Positions 1-11,973 of a stretch of DNA of 64,000 bases are shown piece by piece. Every line of letters begins with the position of its first letter. Positions within the stretch are counted from its first letter, which is position 1. Position numbers and translations under genes: made by a program. The notes below the pieces were generated by a model. The model did not search any database. It saw only the letters and a program-made list of their open reading frames with translations, and was not told the DNA's origin. The DNA comes from Octopus sinensis (lineage: Eukaryota). The stretch is from the NCBI RefSeq assembly GCF_006345805.1, contig NC_043010.1, positions 42,284,001 through 42,348,000 on the forward strand, given 5' to 3'.

Positions 1-70
1 GTGCATGTGTGTACGTGCGTGTCTGCATATGTAATGCCTCGGTACTTGCCCTAATATCGCCAGCCATATT

Positions 71-121
<51 letters not shown>

Positions 122-613
122 TTCAAATTTAATGTGATGACATCATTAATGTGACTAAGTGTCTTGCTATTACAAATGTCTCAAATCCATAATCCTGCAT
201 TCAGATTTTCACTGACTGATATTTCAATACGACATCTCTTCGCTTTTTCACCAACCACAACTTAAATTAACTTGCGGAAGCCTGGATCCTCTTTCTTCGA
301 TTGAACATCTATAAATAGCTGAAGATTTCTTCCTCTGCCTAACTGAATCTATGTATGACGTCCCATCATCCTCTCACTATTTGTTTTCTATAATTATGTC
401 ACACGCAAACACTATTAATGAAAATAAATGTTTTCTTCCTCGTTTTACACAGATTTTCAACATGTTTCTCACGCACTTCTCTTTGAATGAACAATTTTTG
501 CCCGCCATGCCAATAATTATTTACCTCTCTCGAATTCTACCTGCATGGATATTTTTATCGTTATGCGGTTCCTTAACTTTCCCATTTAAGAGTTAATATT
601 TCGTCCATTAAAT

Positions 614-871
614 GTGGTGAGCTTGCAGAATCGTTAGCATGCCGAGAAAGATGCTTGGCGCCCTTTTGTCCGTCTTTACGTTTTTAATTCAAATTCAACC
701 GAGGTCGACTTTGTCTTTCATCAATGAAAATCGATTACATTGACCCAGTGCTCAACAGATATTTATTTTATTGACACTGAATAGATGAAAGGCAAAGTCA
801 ACCTCGGCGAAATTTGAACTCAGAACGTAAAGACCCGATGTAAATGCTCGTCCGATTCTGTCAGCTCGCCG
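614..871. mobile_element. Two partial tRNA-derived SINE (family A) copies in inverted, tail-to-tail arrangement
   Basis: 614-722 reads gtggtgagcttgcagaatcgttagc...caaattcaaccgaggtcgactttgtctttcatc (+). 729-871 is the reverse complement of the same family (atgaaaggcaaagtcaacctcggcgaaatttgaactcagaacg...cagctcgcc). Confidence 0.8.
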
Positions 872-998
872 TATACGTGTTGATAGGACCTATGCACACG
901 ATGTTCTCTTTGCCACACCTGTCACATGTATAGAGAAAGCGTTTCAGTTCATGATAGAAAGAACAGTATCAAAATTAGGTTATATTTTTTCGAAGTGT

Positions 999-1400
999 GG
1001 CGGCGAGCTGGGCACGCCGGGCAAAATGCTTAGCAGTATTTCATCTGCCTTTACGTTCTGAGTTCAAATTCCACCGAGGTCGACTTTGCCTTTCATCCCT
1101 TCTGGGTCGATTAAATAAGTAACAGTTACGCACTGGGGTCGATATAATCGACTTAATCCGTTTGTCTGTCCTTGTTTGTCCTCTCTGTGTTTAGCCCCAT
1201 GTGGATAGTAAAGAAATAGGTATTTCGTTGTCGTTACGTTCTGAGTTCAAATTCCGCCGAGGTCGACTTTGCCTTTCGTCATCTCGGGGTCGATAAATAA
1301 AGTACCAGTTGCGCACTGGGTCGATGTAATCGACTTAATCTCTTTGTCTGTCCTTGTTTGTCCTCTCTATGTTTAGCCCCTTGTGAGTAGTAAAGAAATA
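999..1400 (+). mobile_element. Dimeric tRNA-derived SINE (family A) with 18-bp TSD
   Basis: Head ggcggcgagctgg, B-box gagttcaaattc, and the body is repeated twice. Exact flanking direct repeat tatattttttcgaagtgt at 981-998 and 1401-1418. Confidence 0.92.
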
Positions 1401-3639
1401 TATATTTTTTCGAAGTGTAAATATAATTAAAAATTACACCACAATAGCTGAGCCCACACATTTTCCTATTCTTTGATAATGAAGCGAATTGGTTTGAGCA
1501 GAAAAGGTCAAGAAAAAAGTGTATTTCAACAAATGATGTAGCATTCTTAGAATAAAATATTTAAGCCGCTTATATCTAGAAAAAATGTTTTTAACATTGT
1601 ATTATTAAATAAGGTTGAGAATTTATTTATGTCGGTAGGGGAAAATGATACTAGTATTGGTGATGCTATTATCGAGAAACGCAACTTCGATGTGATGAAG
1701 GGAGTGAGCTAATATACGGCACATGATATTTGTTCGCTATAAATAAATCAATTGTGCAGGTCGTTCGGCGAAGGCTGAACACTCATATGTCGTCTTCGTC
1801 GGAGAGTCCGTCATTGTCGAGAAATGCAATCAGAAACTTAATTCGCCGATATTTTAAGTCTTGGTTGTGGTACGTTGCCGCGCGTATAAACAGCTGAGGT
1901 AGAAAAACATCGGATTGTAACTTTTTAATGTGCCTCTATGGTCGAATTTTTTACGGAGTCAGTCATGCTATTTTCTTTTCTGGGAAGTTCATACAGTTAG
2001 TTGAGTATGTGTTTTTAAAACTTATCTTTTTTTACTTGAAATAAATATTAAATAATCCATTGCTGTTGTTGTTTCTACAAACGAATCTGAGGGTTTTTTT
2101 TTTCTTTTCTTTTGTTGAATTGGGAAAAATCAAATATAAAATTTGTAAATGTACTGATCTTTAAGGAAACACCTAAAATCAACTGGAAATTTTACGAACT
2201 TTATTATCTGTTTTATTTAATTAGATCTTCCCCATTTCTCTGGAAGAATAAAAATCTCACTGAAAAAAAAAACAGTTGGTTCTTACAGTAGAAACACATA
2301 CTGATAGAATAAATGGATTTCATTGTAATGATATCTAATGTATAATACGCTTGCTTGAAGCAGTATAGCAGTGTCGACTCTCAATTAAATATCTCCGGAT
2401 TTTTTCTTAATAGATCTAGTATCTTCATTTGAATATTTTAAAAGGTCATCAATTTGCTTAGAAGCTTCTAATCATATTTAACCTTTTCTTATTAACAAGG
2501 AGGGAATGGAAGAAATGTCACTGAAATTAAAGGAGTTTGATAAATGAAAACTTCCCAGTTAAGTTTACTCAACAAGATATTCCGCTATTGAATTCCATAA
2601 TATTAGCAACAATTCCGGTTTACAAAAGATGAAAACTATAAAGTTATGAAATTCATGCCTTTCTTAGCGTCATTACTGATAGAAAGGAAGTCCATTTATT
2701 CCAAGAGAGAAATCATCAAACCACAGTCATTGTTTGTCAAGAATTTGCCACCAAATTCCGTTATTTGTTTCCTCTTACAAATAGAATCTTTGCATAAGTC
2801 AATCAACCTGCTAGAAATAGCATACATATTTTCTATAATCATATCCCACCGACTTAGAAATGAAGGTGACATTGCATAATGTATTCCTATATACACGATA
2901 TACTGAAAACATTTGGTCGCGGTTTGAAGGTTTTTTTATAAAAAAATTGTTTGATAAGAGCTGACCTAGGACTAAAGAGAAAACCAGCGATGTATATCTC
3001 TAAATCGGTTATTTTTCTTCTCCCAATTTCATTATTTATTGCATATTTTCCATCTAATTTCCTTCTTTATTGCACATTTTGATGAAGACATTTCACAGAT
3101 TCAACTACTCAAAAACTTCCTCTATCGCTTTCCATCTCTAATTTGCCTGCTCATTATTACCTCCACCAATCAAATACCTAATTCATTTCTTGAAGCATTA
3201 TTTTTTTGTTATTTTATTCATTCTTTTTATATCATTACATGATATAAAAATCGTGGATCTCTACAAAAAGAAATCTCTTAAATGAACGAAATAAATTAAA
3301 GTTATCTTTAACTAAACGATGTTCTGCAGTTTAATTAAATAAACCACATGTGTTCAGCGCGCAGTTTGTGTAACATTGATATTAGGTTATTAGATGAATC
3401 CGTATATATTTCTTCTTGATGTCCGTAAATTACTTTTTCTTCAAAACGTTTCCAGTATTCTAAAAGTATTCTTAAATCTTCTGAATTTTCTGCTGATTTG
3501 TACTGATTGAATTAGATTTGAAATTGAATAAATTAAACCTGTGAAGTCAATCTGTAGTAACATGAGTCGATCCGAATACAGCATACAGCATCATGGAAAC
3601 TATGACAATTCCTCCGTAAAAACAGCGAAGTTCGGTGAG

Positions 3640-3990
3640 CTGCAATGATACTCCAATATATTTGGATTCAATAATACAGAAAACAGTAGCTTTGTTCTGT
3701 TGTTCGATTGCGTGTTTTATGCTGTTCAGAATGATCTGGCAATACACTCTGCCTGGTTCGGATACATTTCTCCATCTGTAGCACTCAGTGAGTTTGTCTT
3801 TCTTGGGAATGCGTACAACTGCACCGTGTTCTCTAGTTCGCGGGTTCTTCCCTAGAGTTCCAGGCAAAGTTACGGAGCAGGCTTGTAAAACCAATACGCG
3901 CAACTGATTTCACTGATATGATTCTAGTCTTCAAGAGGTTGACTTCCTCAGAGACGATTTCACCAACGTCCTTCATACTGTCACCAACAG
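3640..3990 (-). mobile_element. RTE-clade LINE reverse transcriptase fragment (degraded)
   Basis: Translations ...SLLRNFAWNSREEPAN / GAVVRIPKKDKLTECYRWRNVSEPGRVYCQIILNSIKHAIE match the RTE RT pattern W..G.IVKIPKKGDL.EC.NWRGI.LLS.PGKV...IIL.RI. Frameshifted. Confidence 0.7.
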
Positions 3991-6127
3991 GAGACGACTG
4001 TTGCCCCGACTGTTGCGATATTTTTGCACTTAGAACTGTTTTCAAATCTTGAGGGTTTTTTTTCTGGGGACTAAGTACCTACATGAAGCTCAACCACATT
4101 TAGGAAAGAGACTGTACATGGAGTTGTCTCTGGTTACTCTAGTCTATCACTGGGGGTTAAACGACAACAATAATACCAACCATGGCAAATCGTTAAGATA
4201 GTCTCTACATTTCGGTGACCCTACTAGAAATTGCAACCAGATCTCGTTTATATGAAACTTCGCTGTTTTAAAGATTAATGAATTCGATAATGGCCCCCTA
4301 GTTAATGAAAATGACGAAAGTGAAATAGGGTTTATGTAAAAGAAAAGGTGTTACAGTTTGATTGATTAGTTCTGTACAATAGTTTTATATCCAACACCAT
4401 ATGCATATACTTTGAAGGGAGTTCTGTACCCGAACACGATTCAATGATTTTTGAAGTTGTTATTGAAACAAAAGATCCATTGTACACGTTAGGCTTCACT
4501 CTGTTGTCGTAACAGTGCCAGAATAAGTCGAAATCGCAGTACTTTGATTATCAGACTTGCATATTCTCTCTAGAATTCATAACCTTTTAATTATAGGTTA
4601 TCTGTAATATAGAAAATATGTAATTTTCCTCCCGTAAATGTCGTCTAGCCAAAACAATAGACAATATACATTTGAAGCGAATTCAAGCTTACTTTGATTC
4701 AGTACTTCATTTGTTCTGCCTTTATAGATATTTAGCAGAAATTTTCATGAATGCATAATACACGTTCCTCTCTATTCTCTGGACTGCTCTCAGGGATATC
4801 GATTTATATAAGAATCATTAATACTCGCAAGAATTGGCAATCACGGTAGAGTAAGATATAAGCGCTCACTCATCGAGTTTCCATTTCTAGTTTAAGTAAT
4901 TTTCACCTCTTTCAAACCACTAAGGCCCAACAAAAGTATTAATGCTACATAATTCCTTTTCCATTTTAAGAATATTGACCATTATTTCACAAGTTAATAT
5001 TCATGGCTGTGAATTAAAGATATATCTTGGTTTTAATTTGTAATTTTAGCTACTTCATTTCAGGTATACCTGGCCTCCTCCAGGAGGATAGGTATACCGT
5101 GCATTCTCATATATCATCTCGTATCTACAAACGACACCAATCTAAAGGAAAGTGAAGCTGGTTAGCACAGAGATAAATTTCATGGCTTGCCTTGAACCCT
5201 TAGTTCCTAATGGAAGGGCCCAAGGCAAGACGTACGACTCTAACCAGAGTCAATTTCTTCACAGGACAGACAGACAGAAAGAACTGATACTTTATCAACC
5301 TCGAAAGGATGGAACGTAAAGGAGATATTTGAACTCATAGTGCATAGAGCTACAACGAATACCGAATAAAAACTTTACTAATTCATGGCCATATTAGACT
5401 TACTCATGGACCATCATTCTATTAAAGAATCCATTACATCTGAAACATTTCCCTTGTAATGGCTTTTCATTTCAAGTCTTTTATAGAAGCATCATGACTT
5501 ATGGAACAAAGTTTATGAAACATAAAGTAGTCCACAATAGACAATTGAACACGTTAGTAGACCAACATATAAAGAAATACAGAAACACACAGCCTTTGTT
5601 GATGGTATTTAAACCCGATCAGTCTTGATCTATGGCAAAGTCTTCTAGCCTTGATCAACTCTTTTTCTTTTTTTCAAAGGTAAAATGTATCCAGAGACAT
5701 GTTATTCAATATGCCCTTCTTGTCTAAGATGGTGGGTGTGAATTAAGGTCCGGTTGTTATTACTAACCGGCCCATCGACTATATAATGGATTCATGAAAC
5801 ACCTCGTATTAGAGCTTAGGACGAGTGTGATTTATTTTATTTTCAGTTTTTCATGCAACATTAAGAAACAATCTGAAATCCTCAAAACCAACGGAGGCTC
5901 AGAGATATTTTAATGCACTGCCGATGGAATTGACTTTTCCACACCAAACGAAAAATTATTTTATCTGTGGCGGATTGTTGTCTGATCTTCTGATACAAAA
6001 TACAGAGAATACTTATGTTCTATTTTCATATGGAAATGAGTAAAATGAGTAGTCTTTCAAAACACTCGACGTACATACCATTTTAGAATTTCAGTTTAGT
6101 TATTGGGGATGGAAAATTTTATGAGTA

Positions 6128-7420
6128 CAGGTATCCTCGCGTTACAGCTACCTTAGATTAGATGGTTTTGTGCTTCCAGAAATGTTAATGAATGACCACT
6201 AATTTAGAGATACGATCTGCAGTTCCGCGCTTACGGAAACTTCGATAAAGTTTGGACGGTTAAAAAACAAAACTTTCTTCTTAGCCAAAGACCGTTTCTC
6301 AGCGTCTTAGCTAAGGTCAAAGTATTTTCAACAATTTGTAAATCACTTGTGTGTGCTTGTGTGTGGGGGAGGATCGAGGTACTATATTTCTTCTACATAT
6401 TTATTGTGGATAACTGCTGATCACGGCTACTGTCTGATTTACCTACAATTCAAAATGTCTGGGAAGAAGCCATCAAGTGGAAGTAAACACAGTAGAACGA
6501 AATGGAACCTTAAAGGACTACACTGGATATTAAATTTTGTTTTAAAAAGGCTTCAAACGGGAAAAAAATAAGTAATATTGATAAAACATTAAAGCTTTCT
6601 ATATCGACATTGAGGGACAACTGAGTGAAATGCTCAAGAATCTACCCCGTTAACTGCTCAGTATTTTTCTTTTCATAGGTCTAATAAGATGCTTAAAATG
6701 GAAATCCACTTGGGAGAATGGATCGAAGTTCAGGCTCTGCGTAATGTGCCAATAAGCATGATCGTAAATAAAGAAAAAAGCCAAAAGTATGTATGACCAT
6801 TTACAGAAACAGGAAAAATTTCTAATGAATAAAACGTTTTCTAACTCGTAACGGCTAGTCGGAAAAGTTCAAGAAGCGCTTATATCTGTACAACATAAAA
6901 TGACTGGAAAAGCTGCCAGTATTGATACAGAAGTTGCCACTAATTATCCTATCTAACTGAAAAAAATTATTGCTGAAGTGGGCTACACACCACAGCAAGA
7001 GTACAACGTTGATAAAATTGTACATTCCTGCAAGAACTTTGTTTCTCAAGTAGGATTCAAAACTTTCGAACATCATCTGACGCTTTCTCTGAGTGGAAAT
7101 TATATAAAATCAAAACCCTTGCACGTGCATCTCTCCTAAAACCCATGGGCATTCAAGGGTTACGAAAAGTTTAATTTACCTCTGATGTGGCGTTCAATAA
7201 GAAGGAATGGTGACAAAGAGGTTTTTCAAAGTGTAGTTTACAAACATTTAATTTCTTTTATTCTGCAGCATAAAGGTACAGTGTCAGACATAATATTTCC
7301 AACAAAGTATTGCACCTTTTAGATAGAGTACCAAGCCACCCATTGAACTTTCTGATAATATGAGAGTAAAATGCATCCCCAAGAAAACAATTTCTTTGCA
7401 CCATCTTCAAGAAGAAGCGT
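6128..7420 (+). mobile_element. Tigger/pogo-like DNA transposon relic (CENP-B HTH plus DDE transposase pseudogene)
   Basis: TA followed by TIR-like caggtatcctcgcgttac at 6128. ATG at 6455. Segments read TLDIK..ISNIDKTLKLSISTLR, MEIHLGEWIE..VPIS..KEKAKSMY, KFKKR..YNIKMTGKAASID, GYTPQQEYNVD, NPWAFKG..LPLMWRS and VLHLLDRVPSHP. Many stops and frameshifts. Confidence 0.85.
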
Positions 7421-8886
7421 CAGATGATTTTTGAAAGTTTTCGATCCTACTCGAGATACAACATTCTAGCAGCTAGAATCTAGCTTATCAGTATAATCTA
7501 TATACTTATTCTAGCGTCAATTAATTTGGGAACACGATGTAGTGTAATTTTATATTATTTTTATTCCTTAGGCTATCCACACAAGCATGTAATTGAATTT
7601 TGCTTTTTCTTTCGATATGTTGGATGTGTGAGAGTATGCGCACGTGGTGGTATCTACATTTTTATACAAAGGAAGTAGTTAAGTACATCAATCATCAGTG
7701 ACCAATGGTGTAGAAAAGGAAACGAAAACAAACGTGTGTAAATCCACCAATATTTCCCCGGAATGTTTCCAAACAGTTTTATAATTGACAGATTTAATTG
7801 TTTGTTGATATTGTCGTAGTTTTGGGTTTTTCTTCTTTCCTCAGTAAATTTTTTGATGCTTTGATGGTTATTTTTCTTCTATTCTGCTGTTATAGTTAGT
7901 TATTTTCACCATTAATCATCACAATAATAAGCTACACTCATGCTCCTATTTTCTTTCGTTGGACGTCTTAGACAAATGGTTCTGAACGTTAATTAAAATG
8001 CTTCACATGTGTTATCACTTTATTAAACTGATAAATCTTATCTTGCCATGTTGACAAATAAGCTGTAGCTTGTGTATGATGTAGAGAAGTGATTTATTAT
8101 ATGCCTAATTTCTTTCCCCTTTTCATTCTTGGTCTCTCTGTATCACTTCATATATATCATTATCCATATCTGTCTATCCATGTGTGTATGTGTGTGTGTG
8201 TGTGTGTGTTGTGTGTGTGTGTGTGTGTTGTGTGTGTGTGTGTGTGTGTCGATAGCTCTCTCTCTCTCTGTCATTAATCTCCTCTATCATTAACCCTCTC
8301 TCTTTTTTCTGTCTCGCTATATTTTTTTTTTAATATGCATTTATATTTCAATATGATAATTTTGTAAACAACATATTAAGATCAAGTTGCAGATATTTTT
8401 ATACAGTTCTCAAATGTGGTAATCATTTGCGAGACAGGCTTTACCATTGAACATTTTTAGAGTAATGAGAAGTTCTGAGTCAAGTATACACGTTGCCTCG
8501 CTTCGCCTCCCTCGTAAGTCTGCTCGTATCACGTTTGCAGTAAGTTTGTTAATTGTATAAACTCTGTGGTATAACATTTGTTTAAATCAACCAGAACATG
8601 TAGAGTTGGCTGGCTTATTTGTTTCATCCTCTTTGAGGCTCAAATTTGTCAAAAACAATTTTCAAATTTTCCTTTCCAAAACACATTCTTTTTACAAACA
8701 TTGTGTTGGATTCCAAAGACAGCAAAATATGGGATGAGGTTGAGAACGAGTCAGAAAGGCAGGTGCAAAACGAGTCAAGATCATTCCTTTTCACCTTTCT
8801 CATGGAAAAGGAAGATGAAGAACGTTTTCAAACCATGAAGGTTCAAAATTCAAATAGTTGCACCACTGCTGTTGTTGCAACGAATT

Positions 8887-8928
<42 letters not shown>

Positions 8929-9372
8929 ATAACAACAGCAACAACAGCAATTGTAGCGAAGATGATATTCTGCTCATGCAAAAAAAGAAAGGGGCTTCAT
9001 GATAGCTGAATTTCAAAGTTTAAAAACATTGCGGCAAACGAGAATAGTAGTAAAAACAACAGCTGCAGCAGGGGTAGTAATGATAGCAAAGGCAATAGCA
9101 TGGCAAAGCCACAAAAAGGAAACATCGGTAGCAACAGCGACAGCAATAATGCCAGCAGAGAAGGCAATAACATTGGCAGCAGGGACAGCAGCAGTAGCAT
9201 CATCACCAACAACATAAGCAATAACAATAGCAAGGATTCATTCGCCGGTGACATCAACAAATTTGAGGAAATATCTGAAAGAGTTTCAAGTACGAAACTT
9301 TATAAGCATATAAAAAGATTTCTGGTGTGTAAACTTCTGTCGGTAAAACATGGTTATACACATACACACATG

Positions 9373-9410
<38 letters not shown>

Positions 9411-10440
9411 ATATATATATGCCTGTATCTGTGTGTAAATAGATAGGTACATAGAGATAGAATAGTAATTACGAAATGCATAAACATTTTTATGCTATAT
9501 AAGGAGAAACACAATTACATCGTTAAAATTAGCATGAAGAGAGGAGAGCTTGTTGGGGGTAAGAAGGAAATAGCAGAAGAAAATCAGTAGAAAAACTTCA
9601 AAAACAGAGAAAATGAGGGGAAAATAGAGAGAGGGTGAAGAGGGGAGTGGTTGATGAAATTAACGAAGATGAAAAGAAACAGAAATGAGAAACTTGAAAA
9701 AAATATTTTTTGCAAAGTTCATCGAAAGATTAGCGATAACAAGTGAATAAAATATGGAGATATGCGAAAGGGAGTAAAATATTTTCAATGAAAGATATTA
9801 GTTAAGTGAGAAGGGAATGAGAGATGGTGAGATTTTCACAAAAATAGGAATTTTCATCAAGTAAAATATGAAAAAAATTTGAAAGAAAAATAAATAATTC
9901 AATGATAATGAAGACATTTAAGTTGAGGTGTCAAGAGAGGAGGCATACCCTGAAGATAGCTCTTAAGTGAAAGAGCAAGGTAAGTTAATTAGGTAGTTAA
10001 TTCTAATAATTCACCGGTGCCAATAACTTCTCAACAGCTGCATAGTGGATGTCATTCATGGCCGACATATTTCTAATGAAAATCTGTATTCGCACATTTT
10101 CTACCTTGCTTTAAATGTTGCTACTAAGAATAGGTTTGACTTTGTTTCGTTACAAATTGATCCACTTCCAATCAGAATTTGTTTGATTGCCCTTTCACTT
10201 TCAATAGTCACTCATTAAGCTAAAATTGTGAGAAAATCGATTAGTAAACGTATGTGTGTGTGTTTATACACGCTTACGCGTAGAAAGGGAGTTCGTCTAA
10301 TCTCTCTGTCTCCTTCTCCCCACTATCACCTTCTGTAGATATGTGTGTGTTTATATGAGTACGTGTATATGCATATACGTAGATATACACACATATACAT
10401 ACATATATACATACATATACACACCTATACACACACACAC

Positions 10441-10488
<48 letters not shown>

Positions 10489-10775
10489 TATATATATACA
10501 TACAAACACATACATACATATATATATACATACATACACACATACATCCATATGGTACCGTTAACATCGGATGCGCAGGTGTAGGGGACCGTTTAAAAAG
10601 TCCGTTTTGAACGCCTTCCTCTAAAAATATGCCGAATTCACCAGCCTAAATAGGCAACTGGTTTATTTCACCCACTAATTAATAAGAGAAACACCTTTTG
10701 CTCGCCATCGTAGCACTATCCTGAACAGATTTTATAATATACATCTACACCACGTGGAATCTCGCTAACGCGATT

Positions 10776-10847
10776 ATGGCTGAAACTAACACCACCACAG
10801 ATGAAACTAACAACGCCCCCACCGATGGAAACAGAACTACTTCACCA
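10776..10847 (+). CDS. Candidate first coding exon (MAETNTTTDETNNAPTDGNRTTSP) of an unidentified host gene
   Basis: ATG in attATGg context, 24 codons of non-microsatellite sequence with two N-x-T sequons, followed immediately by donor-like CA|GTAAGG. No homology evidence available. Confidence 0.3.
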
Positions 10848-10955
10848 GTAAGGTATTTAAGAAGACATACAAATATACATATATGTATGCCTACATATAT
10901 ACATACATACGTACACACACATACATACACACACACATATATATACACACATATA

Positions 10956-11120
10956 GGCGCAAGAGTGTCTGTGTGGTAACAAGTTTGCTTCCTAGCCACA
11001 CGGTTCAGGGTTCAATCCTACTGCATGTCACCTTGGGCAAGTGTCTTCTATAGCCTGGAGCCGAACACAACTTTGTGAGTGGATTTGGTAGCCGGAAACT
11101 GAAAGAAGCCTGTCGCATAC

Positions 11121-11164
<44 letters not shown>

Positions 11165-11376
11165 CTTTGTGCCTGTGTTCATCCCCAACCACCGCTTGAG
11201 CTTGATAACTGGTGTTGTGTTTGCGGCCCCTTAACCTAGCGGGTCGACAAAAGAGGCCGATAGAACAAGTAGCAGGCTTACAAAATAAATATTGGGGTTG
11301 ATTCATTCGACTAAAATTTCTAGATGGCGCCCCAGCATGGCTACAGTCTAATGACTGAAACAAGTAAAAGATGAAA

Positions 11377-11380
<4 letters not shown>
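10956..11380 (+). mobile_element. tRNA-derived SINE family B (CORE-like segment, internal microsatellite)
   Basis: Head ggcgcaagagtgtctgtgtggtaa..gggttcaatcc, CORE-like caccttgggcaagtgtcttc, internal (TA)/(TG) tract and tail atgactgaaacaagtaaaag. Same family as 27046 and 32118. Confidence 0.88.
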
Positions 11381-11412
<32 letters not shown>

Positions 11413-11442
11413 TTTATTTTAAGCAGCAGAAAATTCAACAAA

Positions 11443-11973
11443 ATAGGTTCGATTCTTATTCACCTACTCGATTCTTGTACCCCTACTCAAAGTTTTTAAA
11501 CGGAAATACATATTTACTGTTAAAAAGGAAAAGAAATACAATAAAATTGATGTATATATATATATATAATTAAAAATGAGGGTGTCTAAGAGACACCAAC
11601 ATGCCGAAATAGCAGTCGAAATTCTGACTATAAAAACCACGTTAAGTGTTCATATCGTACCATGAGATAAGACAGAGGGACAAAATATACAAGCAAAAGT
11701 TTTGCTTGTATATTTTGTCCCTCTGTCTTATCTCATGGTACGATATGAACACTTAACGTGGTTTTTATAGTCAGAATTTCGACTGCTATTTCGGCATGTT
11801 GGTGTCTCTTAGACACCCTCATTTTTAATTATATATATATAAATAAATATATATATATATATACATCAATTTTATTGTATTTCTTTTCCTTTTTAACAGT
11901 AAATATGTATTTCCGTTTAAAAACTTTGAGTAGGGGTACAAGAATCGAGTAGGTGAATAAGAATCGAACCTAT
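11443..11973. repeat. 531-bp near-perfect palindrome with 1-nt spacer
   Basis: Left arm 11443-11698 is the reverse complement of right arm 11700-11973 (centre ...caagcaaaa g ttttgcttg...). The only difference seen is in the (TA)n tract. Confidence 0.95.

Noticed and set aside
8646-9438. Run of ORFs rich in Ser/Asn
   Set aside because: Open frames come from decayed AGT/AGC/AAC trinucleotide repeats. No recognisable domain, and the frames do not join.
10745-10850. Minus-strand hydrophobic peptide (LFPSVGALLVSSVVVLVSAIIALARFHVV*) as a terminal transmembrane exon
   Set aside because: No good polypyrimidine acceptor. Hydrophobicity is the expected antisense of a Thr/Asn-rich frame. Not fully excluded.
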